Notes under the pieces: generated by a model
Told to the model about the DNA's origin: nothing
The model's input: only the letters and a program-made list of their open reading frames with translations
The model's database searches: none
Program-made: the position numbers and the translations under genes
Virus record (IMG/VR): IMGVR_UViG_3300046536_000256
Location: 169,284-233,283 of that record
Strand: one strand, 5' to 3'
Length of the DNA stretch: 64,000 nt
Part shown: positions 21,301 through 29,659 of the stretch, in pieces
How the letters are laid out: the number at the start of each line of letters is the position of its first letter
How positions within the stretch are numbered: the first letter of the stretch is position 1

Positions 21301-23389
21301 TGAAGCCAGTACTGCCGCTAAACTGAAAGACCCTGAAGGTGAAGCTGGTAAAACGAACGCACAGACCTGGGCGAAGACAATCTCTCCGCACAAAGTCGGT
21401 GGTGACTTCCAACCTGAGGCTGCTAACGTCGATGACATTAGTAAAGCCAAGACTCGTCGTGATGTAGGGTTGAATGGTCAGTTCGGGACCAACGGGATCA
21501 GTTCCGGTAGCATCTACGGACCAGGGGGTGTGTACAAGACCCCTGAGAACAAGTATGGGTTCATTCCGCTGGGCGGCGATAGCGACACCAGTCACCTGGA
21601 CATGTCGGGCGTCAAAGCGCAAGAAGGCAATGACAAAGGGGTCAAGGTTCCGAAGAAGCTGGCTCAGCAAATCCTGATTCGGGAAATGTTGAAACAAGGC
21701 TTTACGGATCCTCGGGAGATTGCAGAAGTACTGGCGTTGACCGACTACGAGTCGCAGGGTTATCAGAACACCACTGAGAGCCTGAAGTACTCGGACCCTC
21801 GTCGTTTGGTTGAGATGTTCAAAGAAGTTAAGAACGTTGACCAAGCCCGGATGTTGATTGACCAAGGTGAAGTAGCAATTGCCAACACTGTTTACGGTGG
21901 CGGTAAGGGCGCGTCGATGGGTAACCGTGAACCAGGAGACGGTTGGAAGTACCGAGGACGTGGCTTCATCCAGCTGACGGGTAAGAACAACTACGATAAA
22001 GTCGGACAAGAGTTGGGGATCGACCTGGTTAACCACCCAGAACTCGCTTCTACCGACCCGAACGTCATGGCCGCCGTGGCGGTTAACTTCTTCAAGAACA
22101 GCAAGCTGATGCGAAGCATCAGTCAGACCGGTGACTTTGGTCAGGCTGCTGCCGGGCTTAACCCTGGTGCTACACTTCCAGGGATGCCTAAACGGTATCA
22201 GCTGTACTTGTCGTACTTGGAACAGTTGCAGAAAGGTGAGCTCTCCACAACCACAGGTACCGCTGAAGATCCTGCGGCTGCTGAAAGTACAACGGCCGGT
22301 GACATGTACGGCGGTTCGAAAGGCGGCGGTGGTTCCTCCACGTCTAGCGGTGGTGGTTCGGTGCCTGCTATCGGTAGTCCTAACCTGCCTTCCCTAACCA
22401 ACTCACCTTCGGGTGGCTCGGCTTCGGGTAACTACAAAACACCTGCTCCGGCTGGTGGTGGCGGTTACGGTAGCAACCCTGCAACAGGTCCTAGCGGTGG
22501 TGGTGATCTGCTGGTTAACAGTAACGCTCGCGGTTCGAGTGGGCTTCGTCTGAAGTCTCCAGAAACCGTAGGCGGTGGGCAAGTGCACCCGGGTCTAACC
22601 CGTCTGTGCCAAATCATTCAACAGCGAGTCCCGGGCTTCAAGGAATTCACTGCACTGAACGATGCTTACCACGTCAACAAAGGTTCTCAAGGGGCTCACC
22701 CTAAAGGGCTGGCGGCTGACTTTACGTTGACCAACGGCATTGCTGGGAGTGATCAAGCTGCAGCGATGGTGAACCAGGTTCTGCAACAAGCAGGTCTGCA
22801 ACCGGGCACTGAGTTCTTGGTCATCAACGAGTACAAGAAGAAGACCGCGATCGGCACAGGCGGTCACGTCCACGCAGGCTTTAAAACGCCGGCAGCGGCG
22901 CAGAAGTTCTTGGATGCAGCGGGTGGTGCTCAGACCAATGGTCCGGATACTACAGGTGGCGGTGAAGTGGCCCCTACTGAGGCACCTAATCGCGCACAAC
23001 CAACGTTGCCACCAAGTGCGGGTCCTGGCGCAGACGGCGCAGATGGCGGTTCCACAGCTCCAGGTGGGCAGCCTCCAGGCGTCGAAGCGGGACCAGGTCG
23101 TACAGGGTTGCCACTGCCTTCATCTCCTCCACCTCAACAGCCGCTTCCAGAGGGTTACCGAGGACCGGCTCCTACCCAGGCGCCACCACCTGCACCTGTT
23201 GCAGCACCACCGGCAGCTGCACCGTCAGTGGATAACAGTGCGGAGTTGGCTGAGTTGATGAAGTCACTAGTAGCCGCAACACAATCTTCCGGGGGCGACA
23301 ATGCTGCTTTGTTGAAAGCCGTCCTGGACCAACTGGTTCAACTGAACAAGAAGGGGACTCCAGCTCCTCAAGGCGTGAAGGTGAACTAA
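15332..23389 (+). CDS. tail tape-measure / virion-associated peptidoglycan hydrolase (phiKZ gp181-position)
   Basis: 2685 aa, mostly helical; GH19 motif DGWKYRGRGFIQLTGKNNY; M15-like motifs H-x6-D and HVH near the C-terminus; divergent from the beta' gene. Confidence 0.85.
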   Translation: MADDYSSDWGDDPFSGDMDFDSDFDSPSNHGFLRSFTTGFLKGLVDKTVGDTDARIDTLKMVLPRSYLGAFSTLGELNRRRTELMQEIKGDSYESVKDLQYLAGRAADKLRKVAPNRIADGFQEFSKNDFSDWERSSSSSSSDSGPSLADTTDDDVKEALAAADANSILERETVIGAAGTITDMMANVGGRTLANLSAMGAGTVRTNQLLEQVVDYQRRVQARNDSLKLNIMTRSYLTDAKFYKFVEASNHRIVAELKKISESSAKSDYEKTTHSQAVRKSVRESVFNTVKAKVGGIAGFIDEKFGKTARGQFGRDINELTSSVRMAAEMTEGMNINLGDILGTAAAGIFINNLPRMMKSGKAQGYLNEFKKKFPKQAKWAEDAYIRIGDLGHVASYTLSNAEGLTNTMAKYYQGGNSFSEADSYEEYLETLPPGEKPMIKFDWTILNKAKRLGNKSISGVFNNMSKSNGTRYNMARRTLEDSFEQTLWNKRSDRTLNEILPRWLSQIHLSIEKFRTGKDDMREMTYDYVKGKFVSHNQKISTVLNQVLDKRQFSAQADMANGLADRLDSDNAMSPAAKKELAFRLAHDGDMELGLNPYNYLHTDKEHGVAPEIAKEIKEMIQAQFGITDEHIKKFQNGTDVDRGKLLTYMPTEAGRAKLADLAPQAQTLAAFTPDIVNRLDLYKSNGFYEPLKEAGIVKSENGWDTVNMDMMRSTLRDFINDPKRETAQSVPDEAPLPSRVFGGGGGPTPPGPGPTPEFQWPAYPKFEWPEFPALPAWPAYPPLPGPAGPSLGPTPPSNPGPSVLPPAEPQSVTLNGMEDLTKSLAGLGDLKASMDQLGKSFSGYRPPENDAVFDVKPIVDGFEGVNKRLEALMVSANARNQTLSDILLRQPPKQKEVSDSDDKEMNREKRGILEKLKGTSFRDIFNNGVDKILDNQPLILGGLLGGLAGMAVYNPKGAALLAGGAAVATAYMKIKSLSTARSAKATEDLYEEGSETPILEANKLLKGDYLDMTSGFIIDSWDKITGSLKDITNNTIIGARRLAGKLFNQENKEVFISGLSKMRDAMMKAWNAMDPFSRVKRWGNALKTRFYQMDVYKEGDDSPTLVGKRFASGAYCKRNESGELVVINGWNEIDGPVFTPEGDVIITKEEYDRGLRTSMGVSVNKLQDGSKKLGRLGLDFLGKMKDKASPFMKGAYDKGKSALTVNYAPIVNAVDRIYNLLLKHWGYQQEEGIELPEAAPAQAEVVDSTATPVKVGIAANDDVTVDPQAPMPKHATIQPKSTLDAAVDVVKEKLTANTPHGRLNSLADKKEQAKEKKEDATKDAIIHIAQNFGFGEKKGDDKKKPTGLFGLLASGFSAIAGGMWGITKFFTRNLLGGFKTLFSFGSLGLKVLPVLATGITAVAKGIFTLIKTRSISDAGADMWDTVRGRKTGARSARGRRPPRTHAQRLKTGGKLLGAGMAIDMAGEYLQDAGIVDEGSTTDKVINAASTAAEVAGAYQTVVGVGGALGVDLGVGALATGAGAAAATGASWLAGTSAAGWVASMGIAAAPMLLNPYVLAAVGVAAAGYGIYRYINRGEGKQTELRLTQYGVSDTDSDLAKKILKAEEMMSSHVVIGNGRASFSKQSPINEVIQMFVTDPKNNKEVGDVFTWFNGRFKPVMLTYMACLDTVKIKSFKEYDEAKTQDVYKVAKQAHQGLSGLQPYPYSITAKIDSDTPLLGEKATLIRVNNLLEDLKEYIDRKTPSDDLTAITTPKFQTKAGLEKEKAELQAKLDAPRGFFDSDKKIASIGKAEDRLKQVDEEIKRLNDSYKVGGIVGQIYIKDLMPDDKAMDLMTAIRVACYGNDQDVTWRVEAVLKLERYCEPLFRDTGDTMEFTGQIGDIFNLFKDSFRVDKGEADDWCLWFRDRFLPVLTNYMTVMKKYRRGRPAVVWKTLSATARYEISKALVETKGKGTLWFDFPIWSVRASPFKDSASPDKPEKVDRMLKLLGEASTAAKLKDPEGEAGKTNAQTWAKTISPHKVGGDFQPEAANVDDISKAKTRRDVGLNGQFGTNGISSGSIYGPGGVYKTPENKYGFIPLGGDSDTSHLDMSGVKAQEGNDKGVKVPKKLAQQILIREMLKQGFTDPREIAEVLALTDYESQGYQNTTESLKYSDPRRLVEMFKEVKNVDQARMLIDQGEVAIANTVYGGGKGASMGNREPGDGWKYRGRGFIQLTGKNNYDKVGQELGIDLVNHPELASTDPNVMAAVAVNFFKNSKLMRSISQTGDFGQAAAGLNPGATLPGMPKRYQLYLSYLEQLQKGELSTTTGTAEDPAAAESTTAGDMYGGSKGGGGSSTSSGGGSVPAIGSPNLPSLTNSPSGGSASGNYKTPAPAGGGGYGSNPATGPSGGGDLLVNSNARGSSGLRLKSPETVGGGQVHPGLTRLCQIIQQRVPGFKEFTALNDAYHVNKGSQGAHPKGLAADFTLTNGIAGSDQAAAMVNQVLQQAGLQPGTEFLVINEYKKKTAIGTGGHVHAGFKTPAAAQKFLDAAGGAQTNGPDTTGGGEVAPTEAPNRAQPTLPPSAGPGADGADGGSTAPGGQPPGVEAGPGRTGLPLPSSPPPQQPLPEGYRGPAPTQAPPPAPVAAPPAAAPSVDNSAELAELMKSLVAATQSSGGDNAALLKAVLDQLVQLNKKGTPAPQGVKVN

Positions 23390-23396
23390 CCGTGAT

Positions 23397-23420
23397 ACGG
23401 GGGAGATCATCCTCCCCCGT
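23397..23420 (+). terminator. hairpin after the tape-measure gene
   Basis: ACGGGGGAG...CTCCCCCGT followed by TTCCTTT. Confidence 0.5.
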
Positions 23421-23436
23421 TTCCTTTATAGAGCGA

Positions 23437-25608
23437 ATGTCTATGGCACAGGTAAGCACGCGAGATCGTGACATTATCACGAAATCGTTTCGTATGCTGA
23501 CCCGAGGGATTCCTCCGAGTCAGTTGTTAGAAAAACTCGACTGGGATAATTACTTCAACGTATTCTCCAGTGCAACCGGCGACAACCGTTACATCAACCC
23601 AATTGCTCAGTTCAGTCCGGCTACAGACCCTCGTTACGGTCGTCTCATGATTACACCTGAAGGCGGCATGGGGAGCATGTGGAAGGACATGTACGAAGAT
23701 AACATCACCTTGCTTACTCTTACAGCGGGTGTACCTCAATTTGCAGGGCTGCTCAGTTTCATCACCAACATGTTCAGCCCTACCGCAGCGATCATTGCCA
23801 ACAAAGGTCGTGCACCCGGTCTAGCGTTCTACATGGGGCAAGCGGCAGGCTCCATTGCGTTCTGGCCAATGCAGTTACTGTCGGTCAGTGTTCAGTTCCT
23901 GGCCTTCCTCATGGATTCGCCGAAGAACAACTTCTACACCATCAAACCGGCGATGGGTGCTTACACCATGGCGGCCACAGGCGTGCTCAACGACCTGATG
24001 GTTAAGCTAGGTTACATCGATCCAATCTTGCCTAAACGTGCGCAAGAGCAACAAGACCCGCTGTACGGCCTCAAGCCCGATTACGACAACAGCAACTCGG
24101 TAGCTGCTCTGAGCCTGCTGATGCCGGATTGTGTGAATAAGGACGGTACCATCGACTTGATGCGTCTGGTCATGAAGGGTACCCGCAAACATCGGAAGAT
24201 GTTGAAGAAGCTGACCGAACTGGATAACGACACCTCGACGACACCCGATGACAAGTTGGATCGGGCTAAGCAGTTGATGGAAGAGATTAGCTTTGGTCCG
24301 GAAGTGTACTCCGGTGCTCCGTCTCAGGATTACGTTGAAGCGGAGATGGGTACGGTTGGTAAGGTCCGCGGCGAAGATGAGGGTAACTTCATTGAACAGG
24401 ACGGTGCCTACACCAACAAGGATGCTTACAACAACACCAACAACGCCGATCAAGCGGTGGCCAACTTAGGTGTAGGTCAGTCGGCAACAGCGGGCGGCAG
24501 TCCTAGTGGGATGCAGGACATGTCGTCAGCCGGGTCTTATGGCGCACCCGCGCAGACTAACCCCAACGAACGAGCAGGACGTCCTACTGCGGCCACCCCT
24601 GGGGCTAACCCAGACGTCGCGGGCGGACAACAGGCTTACTACGAGGACAACCCGAACGACCGTACCTGGGCGGGTGACGTTCTTGACTTGGTTCAAACGG
24701 CTATCTACGGTGGTATGGATGCAGTCACATTTCGGGTCGAAACTAGTAATGGCGCTGTTAGCGATAGCTTTAGCAGTAACCATGGGCCTTCACCAATGGC
24801 GGAGAAGTTCAACTCTCTTGTGTCTTCGTCTAACGACTTCAAATTCGACGTGGCTGGCGGTGCAACGGGGATCGGCATCATCGACTCCGTGGTTAACACA
24901 ATCAAGGAAGGTGCGATTGGTGCCCTGTCAGGTTCCGTTATTGGGAGCATTCCGCTCGCGCTAGTTAACAACTCGTACGTGAAGATTCCCGATCATTGGA
25001 CCGGGGCTACCAGTGGGTTGCACGTTGAAAGTTATGAAATGAACTTCCAATGTAACTACGCCCACCCGTACGAACAGATCATGAAGATCTGGGTGCCGTT
25101 TGCGCTGATCCTTCCATTGGTGGCGCCGTTCACGTCGGGCGGTTCGATGTACACCGCGCCGTTCTATGTGAAAGCCTTCTGCCAATCCCGTTCGATCATC
25201 CGCACTGGGCTGGTAACTTCGGCTCGTTTCGTATTTGGTGAAGGGGAAGCCGGTTGGACCAAAGACCGTAAGCCGTTGAACCTCAAGATCACTCTTGAGA
25301 TCGCGGACATGGAACCTCTGGTGTCTGTGCCAATCGACCGTTCCATGAGCCTGCTGGACTTGACTAACCCAGCCAACGTTGTGCAACGTATCCTCACTGA
25401 CGATACCGCCTACAACAACTACCTGAGTCGTTTGACTGGTGTGAGTTACTTGGACACTGTCTTGCGTTATGCCCGTATCAACCGTCAGTTGACCGGCGTG
25501 GTGTTGGACATGAAACAAAGCATCCGTGCAGACAACATTGCATCGAAGCTGTCTGACTCGGTAGTGGCTGACTTGGCCCGTATCTTTACTAAACCCATGT
25601 CTCGTTGA
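23437..25608 (+). CDS. virion (tail/baseplate) structural protein, gp182-position
   Basis: ORF of about 723 aa directly after the tape measure; start adjusted to MSMAQVS; function from synteny. Confidence 0.65.
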   Translation: MSMAQVSTRDRDIITKSFRMLTRGIPPSQLLEKLDWDNYFNVFSSATGDNRYINPIAQFSPATDPRYGRLMITPEGGMGSMWKDMYEDNITLLTLTAGVPQFAGLLSFITNMFSPTAAIIANKGRAPGLAFYMGQAAGSIAFWPMQLLSVSVQFLAFLMDSPKNNFYTIKPAMGAYTMAATGVLNDLMVKLGYIDPILPKRAQEQQDPLYGLKPDYDNSNSVAALSLLMPDCVNKDGTIDLMRLVMKGTRKHRKMLKKLTELDNDTSTTPDDKLDRAKQLMEEISFGPEVYSGAPSQDYVEAEMGTVGKVRGEDEGNFIEQDGAYTNKDAYNNTNNADQAVANLGVGQSATAGGSPSGMQDMSSAGSYGAPAQTNPNERAGRPTAATPGANPDVAGGQQAYYEDNPNDRTWAGDVLDLVQTAIYGGMDAVTFRVETSNGAVSDSFSSNHGPSPMAEKFNSLVSSSNDFKFDVAGGATGIGIIDSVVNTIKEGAIGALSGSVIGSIPLALVNNSYVKIPDHWTGATSGLHVESYEMNFQCNYAHPYEQIMKIWVPFALILPLVAPFTSGGSMYTAPFYVKAFCQSRSIIRTGLVTSARFVFGEGEAGWTKDRKPLNLKITLEIADMEPLVSVPIDRSMSLLDLTNPANVVQRILTDDTAYNNYLSRLTGVSYLDTVLRYARINRQLTGVVLDMKQSIRADNIASKLSDSVVADLARIFTKPMSR

Positions 25609-25615
25609 AACAGAC

Positions 25616-25652
25616 ATAACCCTACCCAGACGCAATGTCTGGGTAGGGTTAT
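25616..25652. terminator. bidirectional hairpin between convergent genes
   Basis: ATAACCCTACCCAGAC-gcaat-GTCTGGGTAGGGTTAT, a perfect 16-bp stem. Confidence 0.75.
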
Positions 25653-25663
25653 AGTTGCTTGTC

Positions 25664-26767
25664 TTATTTCGTGTACACGGGTGCATTTTTCAGCGAGCGT
25701 TTCAGTTCAGTCACCGCGCTTTGTTCAATGAACATACCCGCCGTAGCAATCATGGGGATCAAGTCCTCTACAGTGCTGAGTAAGGTGATCATGTCGGCAC
25801 TGGCGGTGTTGATCAAGGCTAGGTCGTAGGCTTCACCGAACTGGGTGTACGTCATCCACCAGTTTGGACCACATACCCGCGACAGAACCGATAACAGCTT
25901 ATCCCGAAGAGCGGGGTAGTCACCTGGGTAAACATCGTCGTCGAATTTAAAGCTACGGAACAGGGTCTTGATGAATTCAGGGTAACCCGCATTAACCGCG
26001 TTAATACCCGCTTGGTCCAACAGCGCCAGCACCGCATCAATACTGACAATGTCACCCCGAGCAATCATGGTCCGAACCGTGTCCACCATGATCTGTTGTG
26101 CGGTGCGTCGGTCCTTGTACAGGTCATAGATCGACTTGTAACTGTCGCTCATGCCAAGACCCGCCGCCATCTTCATGACCGAGTTGTACATCGCGTACTG
26201 CACACTGGTATCAATGAACTCGTTGATCCCGGTGAACTTGTTAATCATGGCCAGGGTTTCACGACCCACCGAAGTTCGCCAGTTGCTGTTGATTCGGTAA
26301 CCATTGCCATCGGTGGTAATGATGCCGTTAATGTTGACCCCGGTGAGTGATTTGAATTCACCCGTGACCATCGATGCCAGTTTACGCATGGCCGAGGTCT
26401 TACCGCTCACCGGCACACCCATCTCTGAAGAAGCCGACGACAGGATCGCGTCGTCGCTGAGGGTAACACCGTTGGGACCAATCTTGATCGCCTTGGTAAT
26501 TGCCTTGGTGTTCAGCAAGCCACCCGAGAGCATACCGATGATGCCATCCAGCTCGGACACTGCACTGGATTTGTAACTGGTGATGGTTCCCAGGACTGTG
26601 GTGTCTTGGGGTTTAACCAGCGCCACACCTTCTTTCAATTTGTCCCCGGTAACATCCATCGGGGATAACACGCCTTCCTTCACCGTCCCCATTTGGGTGT
26701 TGGTGGTCTTCTTGAAAATGTTGAGACTGTCGCCAAGGTCCAGCCCGTCAAAGATACTACCTGCCAT
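25664..26767 (-). CDS. hypothetical protein, probably virion structural
   Basis: Start moved to MAGSIFDG (ATG 26767, AGGAG RBS); the longer ORF-track start lies inside a terminator. Confidence 0.7.
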   Translation of the reverse strand: MAGSIFDGLDLGDSLNIFKKTTNTQMGTVKEGVLSPMDVTGDKLKEGVALVKPQDTTVLGTITSYKSSAVSELDGIIGMLSGGLLNTKAITKAIKIGPNGVTLSDDAILSSASSEMGVPVSGKTSAMRKLASMVTGEFKSLTGVNINGIITTDGNGYRINSNWRTSVGRETLAMINKFTGINEFIDTSVQYAMYNSVMKMAAGLGMSDSYKSIYDLYKDRRTAQQIMVDTVRTMIARGDIVSIDAVLALLDQAGINAVNAGYPEFIKTLFRSFKFDDDVYPGDYPALRDKLLSVLSRVCGPNWWMTYTQFGEAYDLALINTASADMITLLSTVEDLIPMIATAGMFIEQSAVTELKRSLKNAPVYTK

Positions 26768-26784
26768 GTCAGAGCTCCTTAAAC

Positions 26785-26833
26785 AAAAAAAAAATAAAGG
26801 AAGTGGAGAGGTGAGCGGCCGAAGCCACCCACC
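26785..26833 (-). terminator. Rho-independent terminator
   Basis: Minus strand GGTGGGTGGC-TTCG-GCCGCTCACC followed by a TTTATTTTTTTTT tail. Confidence 0.75.
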
Positions 26834-26839
26834 TTTCAC

Positions 26840-27286
26840 TCATGCTTTTGGATCGGCAGGGTCTTCGGACTTCTTAGCCCGATGACTGCCCATGACCCCG
26901 ATAGTTTCTTCAACAGTGTGGACGTTCCCCTCCTCGTCCGTCACCGTGATGGTTATCACGCACGACTTCATACGTAAAATTGACAGGCCTTCCAGAAGTT
27001 TGTTAAATGTAAGGGTGGGTTTCTGGAAGTAGGTGTCTTTGATGTTGCCGGCGCGGGTGATGCGGTCTGCCTTTGCTTTCTCACGGTCATCGGTGGTGAT
27101 AACCCAGTCTAAGTAATCCCGTAGGAGTTGAGTCCACTTACGGGGGTTCATGTCAAGCTTTTTCAGGAGTCCCCGAAAGAGCCGTGCTGGCGTGTCCTGT
27201 AGTTGGTTGTCTTCCACATACTTGTGAGACACACTACTTAGCCTGGCAGCCTTTAAATCCTTATCGTTCTTTTTCATGGATACCAT
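26840..27286 (-). CDS. hypothetical protein
   Basis: 148-aa ORF overlapping the upstream gene. Confidence 0.75.
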   Translation of the reverse strand: MVSMKKNDKDLKAARLSSVSHKYVEDNQLQDTPARLFRGLLKKLDMNPRKWTQLLRDYLDWVITTDDREKAKADRITRAGNIKDTYFQKPTLTFNKLLEGLSILRMKSCVITITVTDEEGNVHTVEETIGVMGSHRAKKSEDPADPKA

Positions 27287-27869
27287 TTATCTCCAAATAG
27301 AGTACGATACGCAGGGCTTGTATGAGGTCAAGTACCAGGAACTTGAAATACTTACTCGATAGAAATTCCTGGGTGCTGTAACTCACGGCAAGTTCTTTAG
27401 CGGTGTACACATGCCCATCGTTTGAACTGGGGTTCATCTTGGTGTAGAGATCCAGTAACGAGATCGTTCCACCGATGAACGCTTCGAAACTGTGTCTATT
27501 GCTGTACCAGTCTAGGAAAGGACTGGGGGCGTCTTTCATGGTGTCTTTAAAGTAATCCGCGACCTTAGGACCACCTATCCCACTTAGGCGCTCTAACAGC
27601 TTGTGAGCCTCACCAGAAGTCTTTGTGTAAGCAACCAGCGCCAGTCTATTGTACTCGGTGAAGTTCTCTTCCAGCGTGAAGTCAAAGCCTTCCAGCGAAT
27701 CGTATAGAACCGCAATGTTTGTTGAGAACCGAATCGTGGGTGAACCAAAGCTCTTTTCTACCTTATCCAATTTCTCAAGGAGCTGTTGAGTCAGGTTATG
27801 TTGGATCTTCTTACCTACGAAGGGCCAGTGGGACATGAGCCTCAACAACGCCAGCTTAGTTATTGCCAT
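27261..27869 (-). CDS. hypothetical protein
   Basis: 202-aa ORF directly downstream of an early-promoter motif. Confidence 0.75.
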   Translation of the reverse strand: MAITKLALLRLMSHWPFVGKKIQHNLTQQLLEKLDKVEKSFGSPTIRFSTNIAVLYDSLEGFDFTLEENFTEYNRLALVAYTKTSGEAHKLLERLSGIGGPKVADYFKDTMKDAPSPFLDWYSNRHSFEAFIGGTISLLDLYTKMNPSSNDGHVYTAKELAVSYSTQEFLSSKYFKFLVLDLIQALRIVLYLEINGIHEKER

Positions 27870-27901
27870 TCAAACTATCTCCCAATTCTCTTATCTACTG
27901 T

Positions 27902-27919
27902 AGTAATATAGGTCTGAAA
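27902..27919 (-). promoter_or_regulatory. early promoter motif TTTCAGACCTATATTACT
   Basis: TATATTAC core, 32 nt upstream of ATG 27869. Confidence 0.75.
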
Positions 27920-27924
27920 TTATT

Positions 27925-28425
27925 ATGGACGAACAATACGAACCAAAACCCCCTGCGAATACCGAGCCTTCCCTTGAAATGATTGCAATCATGGAGAAGA
28001 TGCGGAAAGCCTTGGCGGACAATCCAGAAGACATTGATCAGACAGAAATGATCAAGGTCATCCAGGAGAACCGCGCGCACATCCTGCAATACGCCATGGG
28101 TCAGTATCTGCAAAACCCCAAGTCTGCTTCGTTGCTGGAAGGGGTAAGCTCTCTCATCAGCCAAATGGAAGCCACCGTACGGAACGACCGTAAGGAACGC
28201 ACCAAGAAGAAAGATGCCGAGAACAACGTGCTGTCGTTCAACCAGATGCTGGATGCAATGAAGAGCATCTCGAATGGTCAGGTGCTTGTCCCGCACTTCG
28301 ACATGTCCGACTTCATTCTGGATCCGAACAAAACTCTGTTGACAGTCGTGGATGTAGCCCCGATCAAACCAGAGGAACTGGTACAAGGCAACGAACTTAT
28401 CGATATTGATGGTAACGCAGTTTAA
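27925..28425 (+). CDS. hypothetical protein
   Basis: 166-aa ORF followed by a perfect hairpin. Confidence 0.75.
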   Translation: MDEQYEPKPPANTEPSLEMIAIMEKMRKALADNPEDIDQTEMIKVIQENRAHILQYAMGQYLQNPKSASLLEGVSSLISQMEATVRNDRKERTKKKDAENNVLSFNQMLDAMKSISNGQVLVPHFDMSDFILDPNKTLLTVVDVAPIKPEELVQGNELIDIDGNAV

Positions 28426-28435
28426 CATAAATAAC

Positions 28436-28468
28436 CTAACAGTACCGGGGACGACCCGGTACTGTTAG
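28436..28468. terminator. bidirectional hairpin between convergent genes
   Basis: CTAACAGTACCGGG-gacga-CCCGGTACTGTTAG, 14-bp stem. Confidence 0.7.
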
Positions 28469-28478
28469 TGGTTACTAT

Positions 28479-29222
28479 TTACGGCTTCGGTGGAGCGTAG
28501 TCGTAGAAGGCATGACTGATCGGAACCAGCTTAACCACCTGAGCGACGGTCAGTGAGTACGCAAAGATGCGATCCGCTACCGGCCCTGCAAACGCCTCTA
28601 CCTCGCGGGACAAGATATCGGGAATGACGAAGGTCGTTTTGGGGATTGGTTGCTGCATCAGTTTGGTCTGGAAAGCCTTGTAAGGCTCGTCCATGATGTC
28701 GTACTTGAAGACGTAGTTGTACTGCTGGTAGAAGAACGGCTCGGCGCTACGGGTGTCGATGTTCTGAAGCTTGATCTCGAACCGACCACCAAACAACGTG
28801 TTGCAATGGTCCAAGAAGGCCGTTTCCATTGCATCGTCGAACGCGTAAGGGAAAGTGTTGATGTACAACGTCACCCCTTTAATGTCCAACGGTTTCTCGT
28901 CAAGGTGCTCCAGTTCAATGATCTTGCGAAACATCGACCAGCACAGGGCGGTTGGGTAGTACATCAACCAGTGCTCAAGCTTGGCTTCTGCCAGCAACGC
29001 ATCCACCTTGGCTTTCGTAACTCCAAAAGTCGGATACTCAAAGAGATCCATGCGACGCTCGGCGTAAGTGCGATTGATGTGCAGACTCCACAATCGATCG
29101 CCTTCGCGCACCCGCAGGTTATCGTCGTTAACGATGCCTTCGGTCATCAGCCACTGCATCAAACCACGCCGCATGTCGTACATGCTTTGAACTTCGGTGT
29201 AAACCTTGATGTTCCGATTCAT
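28479..29222 (-). CDS. hypothetical protein
   Basis: 247-aa ORF, 1-nt overlap with the upstream stop. Confidence 0.75.
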   Translation of the reverse strand: MNRNIKVYTEVQSMYDMRRGLMQWLMTEGIVNDDNLRVREGDRLWSLHINRTYAERRMDLFEYPTFGVTKAKVDALLAEAKLEHWLMYYPTALCWSMFRKIIELEHLDEKPLDIKGVTLYINTFPYAFDDAMETAFLDHCNTLFGGRFEIKLQNIDTRSAEPFFYQQYNYVFKYDIMDEPYKAFQTKLMQQPIPKTTFVIPDILSREVEAFAGPVADRIFAYSLTVAQVVKLVPISHAFYDYAPPKP

Positions 29223-29659
29223 TACGCCGCTCCTGCCGGGGCCGGTGCCACAGCGTCTTTAGGCATCACCACATCAGTGATCACAATGGCGTCCAGATAA
29301 ACACGGAAGGCCAAGGCGATGACGTAACTGGTGTTCAAGTGGCTTTCTACCTTGAACTCAGCGGCCTCGCCACCCGGCGTGCTCTTCAGGATCATCGCAT
29401 AGGCTTCAGCGAACTGCTTAATAGCGTCCTGATCATCTTGGAGCTCGGTGAGCACCTGTAACTGAATGTTCAACCAACGGTCGTAGGTGTCAGGTGCCTT
29501 GGCCACGGTTTCGATGAAGTTCTTGTACGCCAGTTCAAACATCACCAACGGCTTGTGGAACATGCTCCCCATGGGAACAATGATTTCCTTTCGGCCATCT
29601 TTGTTGATGTCGACGTAGACACGAGCAATCACCATCTTCAGCGCTATTAGCTTATCCAT
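29222..29659 (-). CDS. hypothetical protein
   Basis: Start moved to MDKLIALK (ATG 29659), which overlaps the stop of the RNAP beta-C gene. Confidence 0.7.
   Translation of the reverse strand: MDKLIALKMVIARVYVDINKDGRKEIIVPMGSMFHKPLVMFELAYKNFIETVAKAPDTYDRWLNIQLQVLTELQDDQDAIKQFAEAYAMILKSTPGGEAAEFKVESHLNTSYVIALAFRVYLDAIVITDVVMPKDAVAPAPAGAA

Noticed and set aside
28479-29222. HAD-family phosphatase
   Set aside because: The N-terminal strand lacks the DxD nucleophile motif (VYTEVQSMYD); insufficient support.
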